From the NCBI GenBank assembly GCA_003250395.1, contig QKGM01000004.1:38646-102645 (forward strand): DNA of 64,000 bases. The letters are read 5' to 3'. The notes below the pieces were generated by a model. The model had not been told where the DNA came from. It searched no databases and saw only the letters and a list, made by a program, of their open reading frames with translations. Below are positions 49,911 through 59,666 of this stretch, piece by piece (position 1 is the stretch's first letter; the number at the start of each line of letters is the position of its first letter). Position numbers and translations under genes: made by a program. This stretch comes from Bacteroidota bacterium (GTDB lineage Bacteria > Bacteroidota > Bacteroidia > Bacteroidales > TTA-H9).

Positions 49911-50707
49911 AATCTGCACTGTTTTTGTTTGAATACTAATCAATAACCACTTATTCTGGTTATACACCTAATAGAACATCTTTATATCAGTTAGGTTGTA
50001 ATAAAATTTGTTAACGACCTGTTAATTTATGCATTATCAGGTAATTAGAGTCACACTAACGATCAGGTAGTCTATTCTATAATTAAGATTACCAGCCAGA
50101 TACAGTGATCAAGGCAAGGCTGCTTAACAGGATAGAAAACAGCTGTTAATCTGATACGGTCCAAATTATCCGGTTTATTATCTGTGCGAAACTCACAATA
50201 GAATACAGCTGCCTCTATCCCTTACAGGTGGTTTAATAATATACTAATGCAATGTTTAATTAAACCGCAAATAGTTTTTCTCTTTATTTATAATCAAATA
50301 TTTAGCCCTTCTCATGCATAGAAAATAAATCAATCAGCTATTTCAGTTAGCCTATTAATGATTGAAACGTTTGATACTTTTCAGAAAATAAAAATGCCTG
50401 ATAAATGAATTTAGCAAGTCTAAGCCTGTGAAAGAGGAAATCTGCAACACCGAATTAATATCCAAATCAGCGTCGGAGCATGATTCAGCCTGAGTCAAAA
50501 TACCCCCCGGGTCGCTAATCATTTATGACAATGACAAGCCGGATCATACGGCGTAATGGGATACCCATATTGAGAGCCATTCCAAAATGGATTAATAAAG
50601 TGAAAAGACAAGCACCAGCCTGTACCCATCTGATTAGAGTTCTGCAACCGGTGCCTGGCCCGAATAGTTTACCGGAACACTGTCGATGACCAGATCACCA
50701 GGTTAGC

Positions 50708-51610
50708 TTATTCGTCCGGTTCTGCATGCACATGGACATGACACCTGGTAAAACTCTGTTCAAGTTTCTGTTCGATTGAATCGGTGAGGCTATGCGCCTG
50801 GCGTAAAGTCAATTCAGAATTAAGGTGTACGGTTACTTCAATAAAGGTATCAGGGCCGGATGTTCTCAGGCGCAAATCATGCCACATTCTGACTCCCTCA
50901 ATCTGTCTCAATACAGTTTCAACCTTCTGCATTGATTGTTCATCGGTGCTGTCAAGCAAAACATCCACAGCTCTCTTCCCAAGCCGAAAGGAAACCGAAA
51001 GGACTATCAGAGCTACTCCCAGAGCCGCGATGGCATCGGCCATATGGTAACCTAACTGCGCACAGATGAGCCCAAGCAACACGACGGAAGAACTCCAGAT
51101 GTCAGTCCTGAAATGAAGGGCGTCAGCTTCCAGCGCCTGGCTGTTATGCTTCTTCGCGGCACGTGATAACGCTCTTGAACGTGTATAATCGATGAGGATT
51201 GATCCAACCACAACCACGTAACTCCATAAGGTAACCTCTATTTCAGTATTTCCCGAAATCAATCGCGAAATACCTTCATAAATAATCCACCCACAGGTAA
51301 TAACCAGTAAAACAGTCTCAGCGAGAGCAGAAAAATTCTCAACTTTTCCATGACCAAACGGATGCCGCTTATCGGCAGGCTTATCGCTGATTGAGACCGA
51401 AATCCAGGTGATTACGGCGGCTACCAGATCAAGAGCCGAATGAAGTGCTTCGCTCAAAATACCCAGACTCCCGGTTAGAAATCCTATTAAAAACTTAAAC
51501 CCGGTTAGAAAAACAGCCGCAACAACCGAAAACATGGCAACCTGCCTTTTTTCCCGTCCAGCCTCAACGACTCCTGAAATATCTGCTGATTCAGTCATCG
51601 TTGTCATCAT
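50708..51610 (-). CDS. Cation diffusion facilitator family transporter
   Basis: Six TM segments, with HSALDLVAA and FGHGKVE motifs and a C-terminal cytoplasmic domain ending HVHVHAEPD. The start overlaps the stop of the upstream cytochrome b gene. Confidence 0.85.
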   Translation of the reverse strand: MMTTMTESADISGVVEAGREKRQVAMFSVVAAVFLTGFKFLIGFLTGSLGILSEALHSALDLVAAVITWISVSISDKPADKRHPFGHGKVENFSALAETVLLVITCGWIIYEGISRLISGNTEIEVTLWSYVVVVGSILIDYTRSRALSRAAKKHNSQALEADALHFRTDIWSSSVVLLGLICAQLGYHMADAIAALGVALIVLSVSFRLGKRAVDVLLDSTDEQSMQKVETVLRQIEGVRMWHDLRLRTSGPDTFIEVTVHLNSELTLRQAHSLTDSIEQKLEQSFTRCHVHVHAEPDE

Positions 51611-52298
51611 TTGACATTTCTACTTCATGACTGTCATTGCGTACCACTTTATTTACATTTCTGATTCCGGCCAATATAAAAACAATCAACAGCAGAAATG
51701 CAATTACCGATAGTATCTTCTGGCCGATATTCAATCGTGCTTCCGAGGCGATTACATTCTTGTAACCAGTAAAAATTGATCTGAAGGCACCCAACTCACG
51801 CTCACTAAAAAAAGACATTACCACACCTGCCAGATGAACTGCGATCAGAATCCAAAGCGCAGCTAACATCCCCTCATGAATATCACCCCATAAACCGGCT
51901 GTTGTTTCACTTACCTTGAAAACTGAAAGTGAACCCTCCTGCCCTGAATATGCTATAAATCCCGATAACACAACTATGCCCAGTGTAAGGTAAATGGCCA
52001 GCATTACCCAGGAAGACTCAAGGTTATGCCCTGCATAAATTCTCTTTTCTCCCTGCTTATGAGTACTAAGTTTTGAGGCCATTGATGGCGTCAATGCAAA
52101 ATGTTTAAACCGGGAATAACGGGGTCCGGCAAAACCCCAAATAATACGAAACAACAACAAAAACCCTACTGATAACCCTGCAAGAGCATGCCAATCAATT
52201 AACTCATCCTCCTCACCCAACAAAAAAGCGGCAACGATAAAACACGCTATTAACCAATGGATCAGCCGTGTAGGTAAAGTCCAAACATATGTTTTCAT
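51591..52298 (-). CDS. Cytochrome b561 / Ni-Fe-hydrogenase-type b cytochrome family membrane protein
   Basis: The N-terminus VWTLPTRLIHWLIA, four TM segments with conserved His residues (H14, WH, GHN, VHL), and an acidic tail. Confidence 0.7.
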   Translation of the reverse strand: MKTYVWTLPTRLIHWLIACFIVAAFLLGEEDELIDWHALAGLSVGFLLLFRIIWGFAGPRYSRFKHFALTPSMASKLSTHKQGEKRIYAGHNLESSWVMLAIYLTLGIVVLSGFIAYSGQEGSLSVFKVSETTAGLWGDIHEGMLAALWILIAVHLAGVVMSFFSERELGAFRSIFTGYKNVIASEARLNIGQKILSVIAFLLLIVFILAGIRNVNKVVRNDSHEVEMSNDDNDD

Positions 52299-52346
52299 AC
52301 CTGAATATTTTAAGATTTATAATTGGGAAAAATTCGACTGCAATTC

Positions 52347-52637
52347 TTAATGCTTGTCGGGCGGCTCCCAATGTTGAAAATAAAACACCGAGGGAATTAC
52401 GGCTACTATACCGGTGAGCACCAAATCAGCAGGAAATACTGTTTTCGTGTTGCTTCCCGGGATGTGATCCATATCATGGGTATGAAATTGCTCATATTGC
52501 TGATTGAAATCGTCAGGACCAGGATGCCGGTCAACCATCAACGTCATCCCTACAGTATAGGCTGTTTCAGATTCATGAACTGAATATGACAATAAAAGGA
52601 TGAAAGAAAATAACACCACTATCCTCACCATGATCAC
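52347..52637 (-). CDS. Small His/Asp-rich exported protein with a C-terminal TM segment (first gene of the cyt b561-CDF operon)
   Basis: Signal-like N-terminus (MIMVRIVVLFSFILLLSYSV) and a His-rich segment HTHDMDHIPG. It ends 48 nt upstream of the cytochrome b gene. The overlapping plus-strand ORF 52323..52583 is judged less likely. Confidence 0.45.
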   Translation of the reverse strand: MIMVRIVVLFSFILLLSYSVHESETAYTVGMTLMVDRHPGPDDFNQQYEQFHTHDMDHIPGSNTKTVFPADLVLTGIVAVIPSVFYFQHWEPPDKH

Positions 52638-52724
52638 AAGGTAATATCAATGACAAAATTAACGCTTTCGCTCACACAGAGCATCATCCTACGGAAAATT
52701 CCTTCCCTCTGTTGTATTTTTAAG

Positions 52725-52732
52725 TAGTTTTG
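52725..52732 (+). promoter_or_regulatory. Candidate -7 box (TAgtTTTG) for the 52781 gene
   Basis: Exact TAnnTTTG match 48 nt upstream of ATG 52781. Confidence 0.35.
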
Positions 52733-52780
52733 CAGCAGATCAGACCCATTTGTTTCCTGAATAATTAAACACTGACCACG

Positions 52781-53302
52781 ATGAAGAGAATACTGTACTT
52801 TCGACTGATGTGCCTGCTGTTCATGTTGTCAGCGGCAACACTGGATGCCCAGGAGAACGTGGAAAATCAACCTGAAATCCCGGCAAAAGCCGACGAAAGG
52901 ATTAGTAAGCAACTCGATTCGCTCGGATATAAATACACGGTAAACGACAAAGGAGACTTTAAGCTGATTTGCCGTCTTGGGGACGACAGGACACAGGTTG
53001 TATTCATCAATTCCTCAACACAGAATTTTCAGGATATTGAAATCAGGGAGATCTTCTCTCCGGCTGCTTTGCTAAAAGCCTCCGATTTCTCGGTCCCTTT
53101 CCTGAAAAAATTGCTCGAAGAAAACTATAACAAGAAAATCGGAGCCTGGCAAATGATATCAGGTAATGAAAGTTCTTTGATTACATACACGGTAAAGGCA
53201 GATGCCAATTGCCCTGCCCTGGAATTGAATAAGATTATATGGCTGGTGGCCCAAACAGCGGAAGAACTGGAAATTGAAATATCCCCTGAAGATAATTATT
53301 GA
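52781..53302 (+). CDS. Secreted hypothetical protein, possibly YbjN-like fold
   Basis: Signal peptide (..ATLDAQ). The pattern LDSLGYKYTVNDKGDFKL...TQVVFINS...IEIREIFS...LLEENYNKKIGAW is reminiscent of the YbjN family (from memory). Confidence 0.5.
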   Translation: MKRILYFRLMCLLFMLSAATLDAQENVENQPEIPAKADERISKQLDSLGYKYTVNDKGDFKLICRLGDDRTQVVFINSSTQNFQDIEIREIFSPAALLKASDFSVPFLKKLLEENYNKKIGAWQMISGNESSLITYTVKADANCPALELNKIIWLVAQTAEELEIEISPEDNY

Positions 53303-53382
53303 ACCGGAAAACGAATAACAGCCTCAGACCGGCTCAATTTCTGGCTTTACCATTGATTTAAGTCGAAGAAAAACAACCTGGC

Positions 53383-54021
53383 TCAAGGCGCCAGCCTTCT
53401 CATATTCCACCCGTTTTCAACGTCAGCAGTAAATACAATCCTGTCGTGCAACCGGTTTTCTCTTCCCTGCCAAAATTCTATCGTAACAGGATTTACCTTA
53501 TAACCACCCCAATAATCAGGCCTTTGATTCAGAAACTCGGTCCGGCTGGCAACATCGAAATAGAGCATTTCCAAATCCTGCCGTGAACCTATCTCCTTGC
53601 TTTGCGGCGATGCTATGGCACTGATCCTGCTTCCTTCAGGCCGATCCAGAAAATAGTGATCCGATTTATCAGCCGACACCCTTACTACTTCTCCTTCAAC
53701 CCTTACCTGTCGCTGAGTCAATGGCCAGAAAAAAACCAGGGCAGCTTTGCCTGAAGACTCTATTTCTAACCCCTTCCTGCTCCTGTAATTTGTAAAAAAA
53801 ACAAAACCCTCTTCTGAAACCTCCTTTAGAAGAACTATCCGGGCCGAAGGAGATCCCTCAGAATCACTGGTTGCAAGTGTCATGGCGGCAGGTTCTGGTT
53901 CACCTGACCTTATTGCCTCGTTGAGCCAATACTCAAATAATTCGAGCGGATTTGATTTCACGTTACCCTCATCAAGGTGGTATAATTGAAACTCATTACG
54001 CAGGTGGTGCAAACTTGTCAT
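53383..54021 (-). CDS. pdxH: Pyridoxamine 5'-phosphate oxidase
   Basis: RIVLLKEVSEEGFVFFTNYRSRKG, FWPLTQRQVRVEG, IEFWQGRENRLHDR and a C-terminal RLAP. Confidence 0.9.
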   Translation of the reverse strand: MTSLHHLRNEFQLYHLDEGNVKSNPLELFEYWLNEAIRSGEPEPAAMTLATSDSEGSPSARIVLLKEVSEEGFVFFTNYRSRKGLEIESSGKAALVFFWPLTQRQVRVEGEVVRVSADKSDHYFLDRPEGSRISAIASPQSKEIGSRQDLEMLYFDVASRTEFLNQRPDYWGGYKVNPVTIEFWQGRENRLHDRIVFTADVENGWNMRRLAP

Positions 54022-54260
54022 TTTTTTCTGTTTTCAAGCCTAACCGGATATCGGGGCTCATTGTTCAATGAAAGAAAGAAAGGATTTACAGATAAGGGAT
54101 TCAGGTGTCGCATACCGGTTTTTCTTAAAATAATAAACAGCTGACTTTGAATACCCCTGTTAATTCAAAATTGCATTAATCCTGCAGGAACTCATTTTTA
54201 GCTCAAACAGTACCCGAAGGTCACTACATACCACCAGTCATAACTTATAACCGGAGATGA

Positions 54261-54304
54261 ACCGTAGATCCACCGTAGATCCATCGTAGTCTCATCGTCT
54301 GCAT
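54261..54304 (+). repeat. Four decaying tandem units of an 11-nt repeat
   Basis: accgtagatcc / accgtagatcc / atcgtagtctc / atcgtctgcat. Confidence 0.7.
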
Positions 54305-54717
54305 TTGGTTCATGCCCGGGTAATATACGCCTGTAATCCTATTGAAGTTCTATCTGACTTATAGATTTTTAACTACAAAAATCAAACCAGAAATGATAAT
54401 TCTCAAAAGAAAATATAACCTCACATCTGATGATATGAATCCCATACTTGTAAATAACGGGAAGAGCAAACACGAAATGGATCTCACAATACTTCCTCAT
54501 AGAGGTATAAAAACCCGCCTTCAGCCGGCGGATATCACATACGGGCAAAGCCGGCTCTTGTCGGCCAATGGGAAAAATATTGCCGGCGGGAAAATGGGGT
54601 GAGTTGCCTTAACAGTTCACAAACCCGCTAAAATACAGAAGTCCTGCCATCAGCGATAGCAGGACTTCAGGGTCATAGACAAAGGTTAAGATATATAAAG
54701 GCCCCTCTAAAAACGGC

Positions 54718-55179
54718 TTATTCAGCCTTTTTGGCGGGTTCGTTCTTAGGTATCACTTTCCCTTTTAAGGTTAGCTTTACAGGACTACTATCAGCATTGG
54801 TGATAACGGTGATGGTTTTGCTGAATCCACCAGCTGCGGCAGCGTTATAGGTAGCTGAAATAGTAGTCGATTTACCGGCAAGCACCGGATCGGAAGAGTA
54901 TTTCAGATTGGTACAACCACAACTGCCCTTTGCCGAAGAAATCATCAGGGGTTCTTTTCCGCTATTGGTCAGTTTAAATTCAACACTTTTGGGAATACCC
55001 TGAGGTATTTCACCCATATCTATCACTGTTTGTTCAAATGTGGCAACAGGCTTATCAGGATTAACAGCCTGTTCCTGGGCAGCAGTCTTGGTTGAGGTTG
55101 CCGGCTGGCTCTGAGCCGAAGCGATTCCGGTTATCATTACCATTGAAATGAGAACCAGTGCTTTGTGAAATCTTTTCAT
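54718..55179 (-). CDS. DUF1573 domain-containing secreted protein
   Basis: Signal peptide, the GSCGCT motif, and PapD-like beta-sandwich length (153 aa). Confidence 0.8.
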   Translation of the reverse strand: MKRFHKALVLISMVMITGIASAQSQPATSTKTAAQEQAVNPDKPVATFEQTVIDMGEIPQGIPKSVEFKLTNSGKEPLMISSAKGSCGCTNLKYSSDPVLAGKSTTISATYNAAAAGGFSKTITVITNADSSPVKLTLKGKVIPKNEPAKKAE

Positions 55180-55260
55180 CTCTTTAAAAGGTTTAAATAT
55201 TTTTTAATCGAATTACTATGCAAAGATGCAATCTGATTCGCCTGGGTCAGGTTAACAGGA

Positions 55261-55308
55261 TGTAAAAGGATGTAAATGAAAAGTAAAAGTGTGTAAACAA
55301 AATGTAAA
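55261..55308 (+). promoter_or_regulatory. Five helically phased (T)GTAAA repeats in the divergent promoter region
   Basis: Repeat starts at 55261, 55271, 55282, 55292 and 55303, giving spacings of 10, 11, 10 and 11 nt. Confidence 0.5.
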
Positions 55309-55338
55309 GCAGGCTGCTTTAGGGGATTTTTAAGTACT

Positions 55339-56625
55339 TTGGCTCATCAAATTCCATGTAGATTGAACCGAAAACAAATCAGGATCGTAGTTTTGCTGGG
55401 TGCCTTGTCCATTCTGGGGATCATCACCGTGCAGACGTATTTTCTCTTACAGGCCTGGTCGATTAAAGAGAAACAGCTTACACAGTCGATCGAAATAGCC
55501 CTGAAGAATACGGCATACAGGTTCAGTAAGCTGAATGAAACAGCAATTCCGGCAACTAATCCGGTTCATCGTTTGTCGCACGATTATTTCGTTGTCGACA
55601 TAAATAATGTCATCGATGCCAATATTCTGGAGTTTTACTTACGCTCTGAATTCGACAAACTCAGTCTGCACCTTGCCTATGAATATGGAATCTACGACTG
55701 CCACACCGACAGGATGGTCTATGGCGACTTTGTACCGGCTGATGGATTCTCAAGCGATGCGCATCTGGGCAGGGAACTTCCAAAATACAGTGAATACACC
55801 TACTATTTCGGGGTGAGGTTTCTTTCACTCAACAACGCCATTACATCCGATATGACCGTATGGATTTTCTTCACAATCATACTTCTATTGTCGGTTGTTT
55901 TCTTTGCCTATGCCCTTTTTATTATTTTCAAACAGAAACGTTGGACAGAGTTGCAGAAAGACTTCATGAACAACATGACTCATGAATTTAAAACACCCAT
56001 CTCAAGCATTGCTCTGGCGGCCAACGTAGTCAGCGATCCCGGGGTGATTCACCAACCCGAAAGGTTACAGGTATATGGCACCATCATCAGCGAGCAAAAC
56101 AAGCGACTAAACCAGCTTGTCGACAAAGTGCTTGAAACTGCTAAACTGGAAACATCCAACATCCACATATTGCCTGAACAGATTAATCTGACAGAGCTCA
56201 TCGAATCAGTCACCGGGAGTTTCAGAAACAGCTTGTCAAAAGAGACAGTATTCTCGATCAGAACAACCGGCACCCCGGTAGCCATCTCGGCCGATGTGGT
56301 TCACCTGACCAATGTCCTGTACAATCTTACCGATAATGCAATAAAATACGGGCCCGGTAAGCCTGCAATAGAAATTTTCATCGAGTATAAAAACAGGGTG
56401 GTTTTATTGCACTTCAGCGACAACGGGAAAGGCATTCCGAAACAATACAGAAAAAAGATTTTTCAAAAATTCTTCAGATTACAGGATGGCCATCGCCAAA
56501 CAGCCAAAGGATTCGGACTCGGGCTATATTACGTGGGTATAATTTGCAAATGCCATGGCTGGAGTATCTCGCTCGAGACCCATGCCCCTTCACCGGCTTG
56601 TTTTCTGATTAAAATACCGGTGTAA
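55339..56625 (+). CDS. Sensor histidine kinase
   Basis: Two TM segments, an H-box MTHEFKTPISSI, and N, G1 (DNGKGI) and G2 (GFGLGL) boxes. There is no in-frame ATG near the 5' end. The start is TTG 55339 or TTG 55363 (MNRKQIRIVVLL...). Confidence 0.75.
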   Translation: MAHQIPCRLNRKQIRIVVLLGALSILGIITVQTYFLLQAWSIKEKQLTQSIEIALKNTAYRFSKLNETAIPATNPVHRLSHDYFVVDINNVIDANILEFYLRSEFDKLSLHLAYEYGIYDCHTDRMVYGDFVPADGFSSDAHLGRELPKYSEYTYYFGVRFLSLNNAITSDMTVWIFFTIILLLSVVFFAYALFIIFKQKRWTELQKDFMNNMTHEFKTPISSIALAANVVSDPGVIHQPERLQVYGTIISEQNKRLNQLVDKVLETAKLETSNIHILPEQINLTELIESVTGSFRNSLSKETVFSIRTTGTPVAISADVVHLTNVLYNLTDNAIKYGPGKPAIEIFIEYKNRVVLLHFSDNGKGIPKQYRKKIFQKFFRLQDGHRQTAKGFGLGLYYVGIICKCHGWSISLETHAPSPACFLIKIPV

Positions 56626-56643
56626 CCTTTTTATGATCAGACC

Positions 56644-57336
56644 ATGATAAAAGCGCGAATTCTATACGTTGAAGATGATGAAACCCTGTCATTCATCACG
56701 AAAGATAACCTCGAAATGCTTGATTATTCAATCAGTCACTGCAGCAGTGGAGAAGAAGCATTAAAGGTGATGCAGAACGAGAAATTTGATCTTTGTATGC
56801 TCGACGTCATGCTCCCTGATATCGACGGATTTACTCTCGCTCAGCATATAAGGGCAGGGAACAGCGAAATTCCCATCCTGTTTCTGACAGCACGTTCAAA
56901 CCAGGAAGACCGCCTTACCGGCCTACGTCTTGGAGCAGACGATTACATTACCAAGCCATTCGGCCTGGAAGAACTGGTGTTGAAAATAGAGGTATTCCTC
57001 AGGCGCAGGAAAATAGTGGTAGATCAAAACAGAAGTACCCGCCTCTGCATAGGCCGTTTGATCCTTGATCGTGACAACCTGATATTGTATGACGGGGAGG
57101 AGAAATCATCGCTTACTTTTCGCGAATGTACACTGTTGTCATTCCTAGCAGAAAACCTGGATCAGGTAGTAAAACGCGAAGAGATCCTTCAAAAGGTTTG
57201 GGGTAACGATCATTTCTTCTCAAGCCGTAGTCTCGATGTCTTTATTTCCCGCCTCCGGTCAATACTCAAAAAAGACCCTGATCTGCGGATCGAAAGTATC
57301 CACAATGTAGGTTACCGGCTAAAGGGGAAAATATAA
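56644..57336 (+). CDS. OmpR/PhoB-family response regulator
   Basis: Receiver (ILYVEDDE..DLCMLDVMLPDIDG..K) and a winged-helix C-terminus (LTFRECTLLSFLAEN...VGYRL). Confidence 0.85.
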   Translation: MIKARILYVEDDETLSFITKDNLEMLDYSISHCSSGEEALKVMQNEKFDLCMLDVMLPDIDGFTLAQHIRAGNSEIPILFLTARSNQEDRLTGLRLGADDYITKPFGLEELVLKIEVFLRRRKIVVDQNRSTRLCIGRLILDRDNLILYDGEEKSSLTFRECTLLSFLAENLDQVVKREEILQKVWGNDHFFSSRSLDVFISRLRSILKKDPDLRIESIHNVGYRLKGKI

Positions 57337-57338
57337 AA

Positions 57339-57366
57339 GGCTGCCTCAAACAATATCGAGGCAGCC
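57339..57366. terminator. Bidirectional hairpin between convergent genes
   Basis: ggctgcctc aaacaatatc gaggcagcc, a 9-bp stem. Confidence 0.5.
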
Positions 57367-57387
57367 CTTATATTAGTTAACCTACGG

Positions 57388-59079
57388 TTATCTTGAAATC
57401 AAAGCTCTTTGGGTTGTAATACCTTTTGCAGTGCGCACCTGCACCAGGTACAAACCAGGTTCAAAACTGCCGGTATTTATTTTATACTGTTCGCTTCCGT
57501 CATTTACAGTTGCATTGTAAACTTCCTGCCCGAGGACATTGCTCATCCTTATCCCGAGAATTGTTTCATCTGCTTGTACAAACATCACGTCGTTTGCAGG
57601 ATTTGGGAACAGATTTACCATGCCGGATTCTTCCCTATTAGCAACAGAAGTTCCCCCTGATTTAGTGAATAAGGTGATATTCGGGTAATATCCTACATCA
57701 TAGCCATAGGAAGGGGGGATCATCGGGTCAAAAGGCCCTCCGTCTGTTTCAGCAGCACGTGAACGGTTTCTGTCCTGATCGAACGAATTCATAAAGACCG
57801 GTCCAAAAATATATCCGACATCATAACTCTTGTTCGAATAAATTACCAGGTTTCCACCGTGATATTTGTATGGAGTATTCAGCGTAATGAGAGTCTGGTT
57901 GGGCCCTTTGTTGAAACTAACCATACCATAGAATACTGTGGTAAATAGCGACGGATCAATCCATTCCCCGTTAAGTTGCGCCTGAGATGTTTCACCCATT
58001 AAAACCTGAATCTGCACATCCTGCAAATCATCATCAAACTGATTATTATATAGGATAGCTGTGATTGAATCACCAATCGAACCAATTTCTTCAGGATAAT
58101 ACAAGGTTTGTGTAATGCTGAACATACTGAAGAAATTGTAAGGGAAAGATTCTACCGGTAATACACCAGAACCAATTGAAACAGGCACAATATTGTCGGG
58201 CTGAACCGTAACATTCAGGTTTTCTGACTGGTTATTTTCAGGTTTTTCGTCCCCGGCAAATTCGATGTATGCATAGATAAAGCTATTACCGGTTTCTCCT
58301 GTAGCAGGTGTCCACGACAGCTGATATACCTTTTTCTCGGCAAAAGCGATGGATTCACCTGCTACTGTTGCCAGTTCGGTTCCTCCCTCTTTCATCAGTT
58401 TAACGGTATAATTGGCCTGCGATAATTTGCCGCCATTGGTCACTTCAACAGAATAGGCAGATTCTGTACCAACAACAGGAACAGCCATTCCTGTAAAATT
58501 AGTACAGATAAGGTCATTATTTACCACTGTTTCGATGCTGATATCATCGATAAGCCACCAGTTAATGGCATTGGAGTTTCCTTCGTAACGGAAGGCAAAC
58601 TTCATTTCGGTTGCACCTGCCGGAACGTTGAAGTAGTATTTAAATTCATTCTGTGGGATGTTCATCGTACCGAGGGGCTGTTCCCAGAGTACCTCCCAAT
58701 TTGTGCCACCATCAAAAGTGATATCCAATCCGATTATTTCGCCCCAATCCATCTGGTAATTAATGAGATATTGCTTGTACTTAAGCATAAGAGCGGTCTG
58801 ACCTTCAACGTTAACCGGTGCGGAAATAAGCCGGCTGAGGCCCGCGGCCATGCTATAACCAAGGGCTAACTCGGGTGCTTCACCCCCTGCCATTTGGGAA
58901 CTGTTCACCGACCAGGGCGGTGCCTGAATAGCATCAAGAACCCAGTCAGGAGGAATCTGGCCTGTTGGATAATTGAAACCCTCGCTATAAATAACGGTTT
59001 GCCCTGAAACAGCATTGTTTATAAAGGCAAAAACCGTGATTAGCAACGAAGTGAATAAGGGTATAATTAACTTTTTCAT
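57388..59079 (-). CDS. T9SS cargo protein of unknown function (jelly-roll-like N-terminal domain)
   Basis: Signal peptide, EGFNYPTGQIPPDWVLDA...W (a choice-of-anchor/MAM-like pattern, from memory), and the CTD NLFPNPANDVMFVQ...GLYLVQV. The start is set to ATG 59079. Confidence 0.75.
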   Translation of the reverse strand: MKKLIIPLFTSLLITVFAFINNAVSGQTVIYSEGFNYPTGQIPPDWVLDAIQAPPWSVNSSQMAGGEAPELALGYSMAAGLSRLISAPVNVEGQTALMLKYKQYLINYQMDWGEIIGLDITFDGGTNWEVLWEQPLGTMNIPQNEFKYYFNVPAGATEMKFAFRYEGNSNAINWWLIDDISIETVVNNDLICTNFTGMAVPVVGTESAYSVEVTNGGKLSQANYTVKLMKEGGTELATVAGESIAFAEKKVYQLSWTPATGETGNSFIYAYIEFAGDEKPENNQSENLNVTVQPDNIVPVSIGSGVLPVESFPYNFFSMFSITQTLYYPEEIGSIGDSITAILYNNQFDDDLQDVQIQVLMGETSQAQLNGEWIDPSLFTTVFYGMVSFNKGPNQTLITLNTPYKYHGGNLVIYSNKSYDVGYIFGPVFMNSFDQDRNRSRAAETDGGPFDPMIPPSYGYDVGYYPNITLFTKSGGTSVANREESGMVNLFPNPANDVMFVQADETILGIRMSNVLGQEVYNATVNDGSEQYKINTGSFEPGLYLVQVRTAKGITTQRALISR

Positions 59080-59666
59080 GAAGTAGAGATTAAATGATAC
59101 AATGGCGACAAAGTAAACCCAAATTATACTTCCATGCAATTGGTGCTGATTGCTATTTTCTTCCAGACAGCAATAGGTGCCAGCACCTAGTATCACTTTA
59201 GTGTCAACGCCTATCTCATATCAGAGACAGAGCCTTAACCTTCATTTACAACACTTTATCTTTCCATTAGCCGTTGAAGCCATCGTGATCAGAGCAACTT
59301 CAATAACGGGTATATCTTACGCGAATTGCAGGATGGCATTACATGACCGGTGACGATGGAGATATGGCTTGTTGCCTTTTCTGTGTCATTTCCATGGCAA
59401 GCTACTCCTGTTTGGCTGAGGCTTTATTACAGCATCAGACCAGCTGGGGAGCGTTGATCGCTCGGCTATGAAGCCATTTTACCTTGTAAATAACACTTCG
59501 CCCCCTTGCCGGAGTGGATTCGTTGCACGGGGTATTGTAAGGTGTTGAGGTTCTCATAGGGTTTCCTTTATCTGCAAAGAAAATCATTCCTGAGATACAT
59601 AGAACAATCGCGATTATTGCAAATTGCCTTCAGTTTATCAACAGATAGAGCATTCTTTATCGGAAA

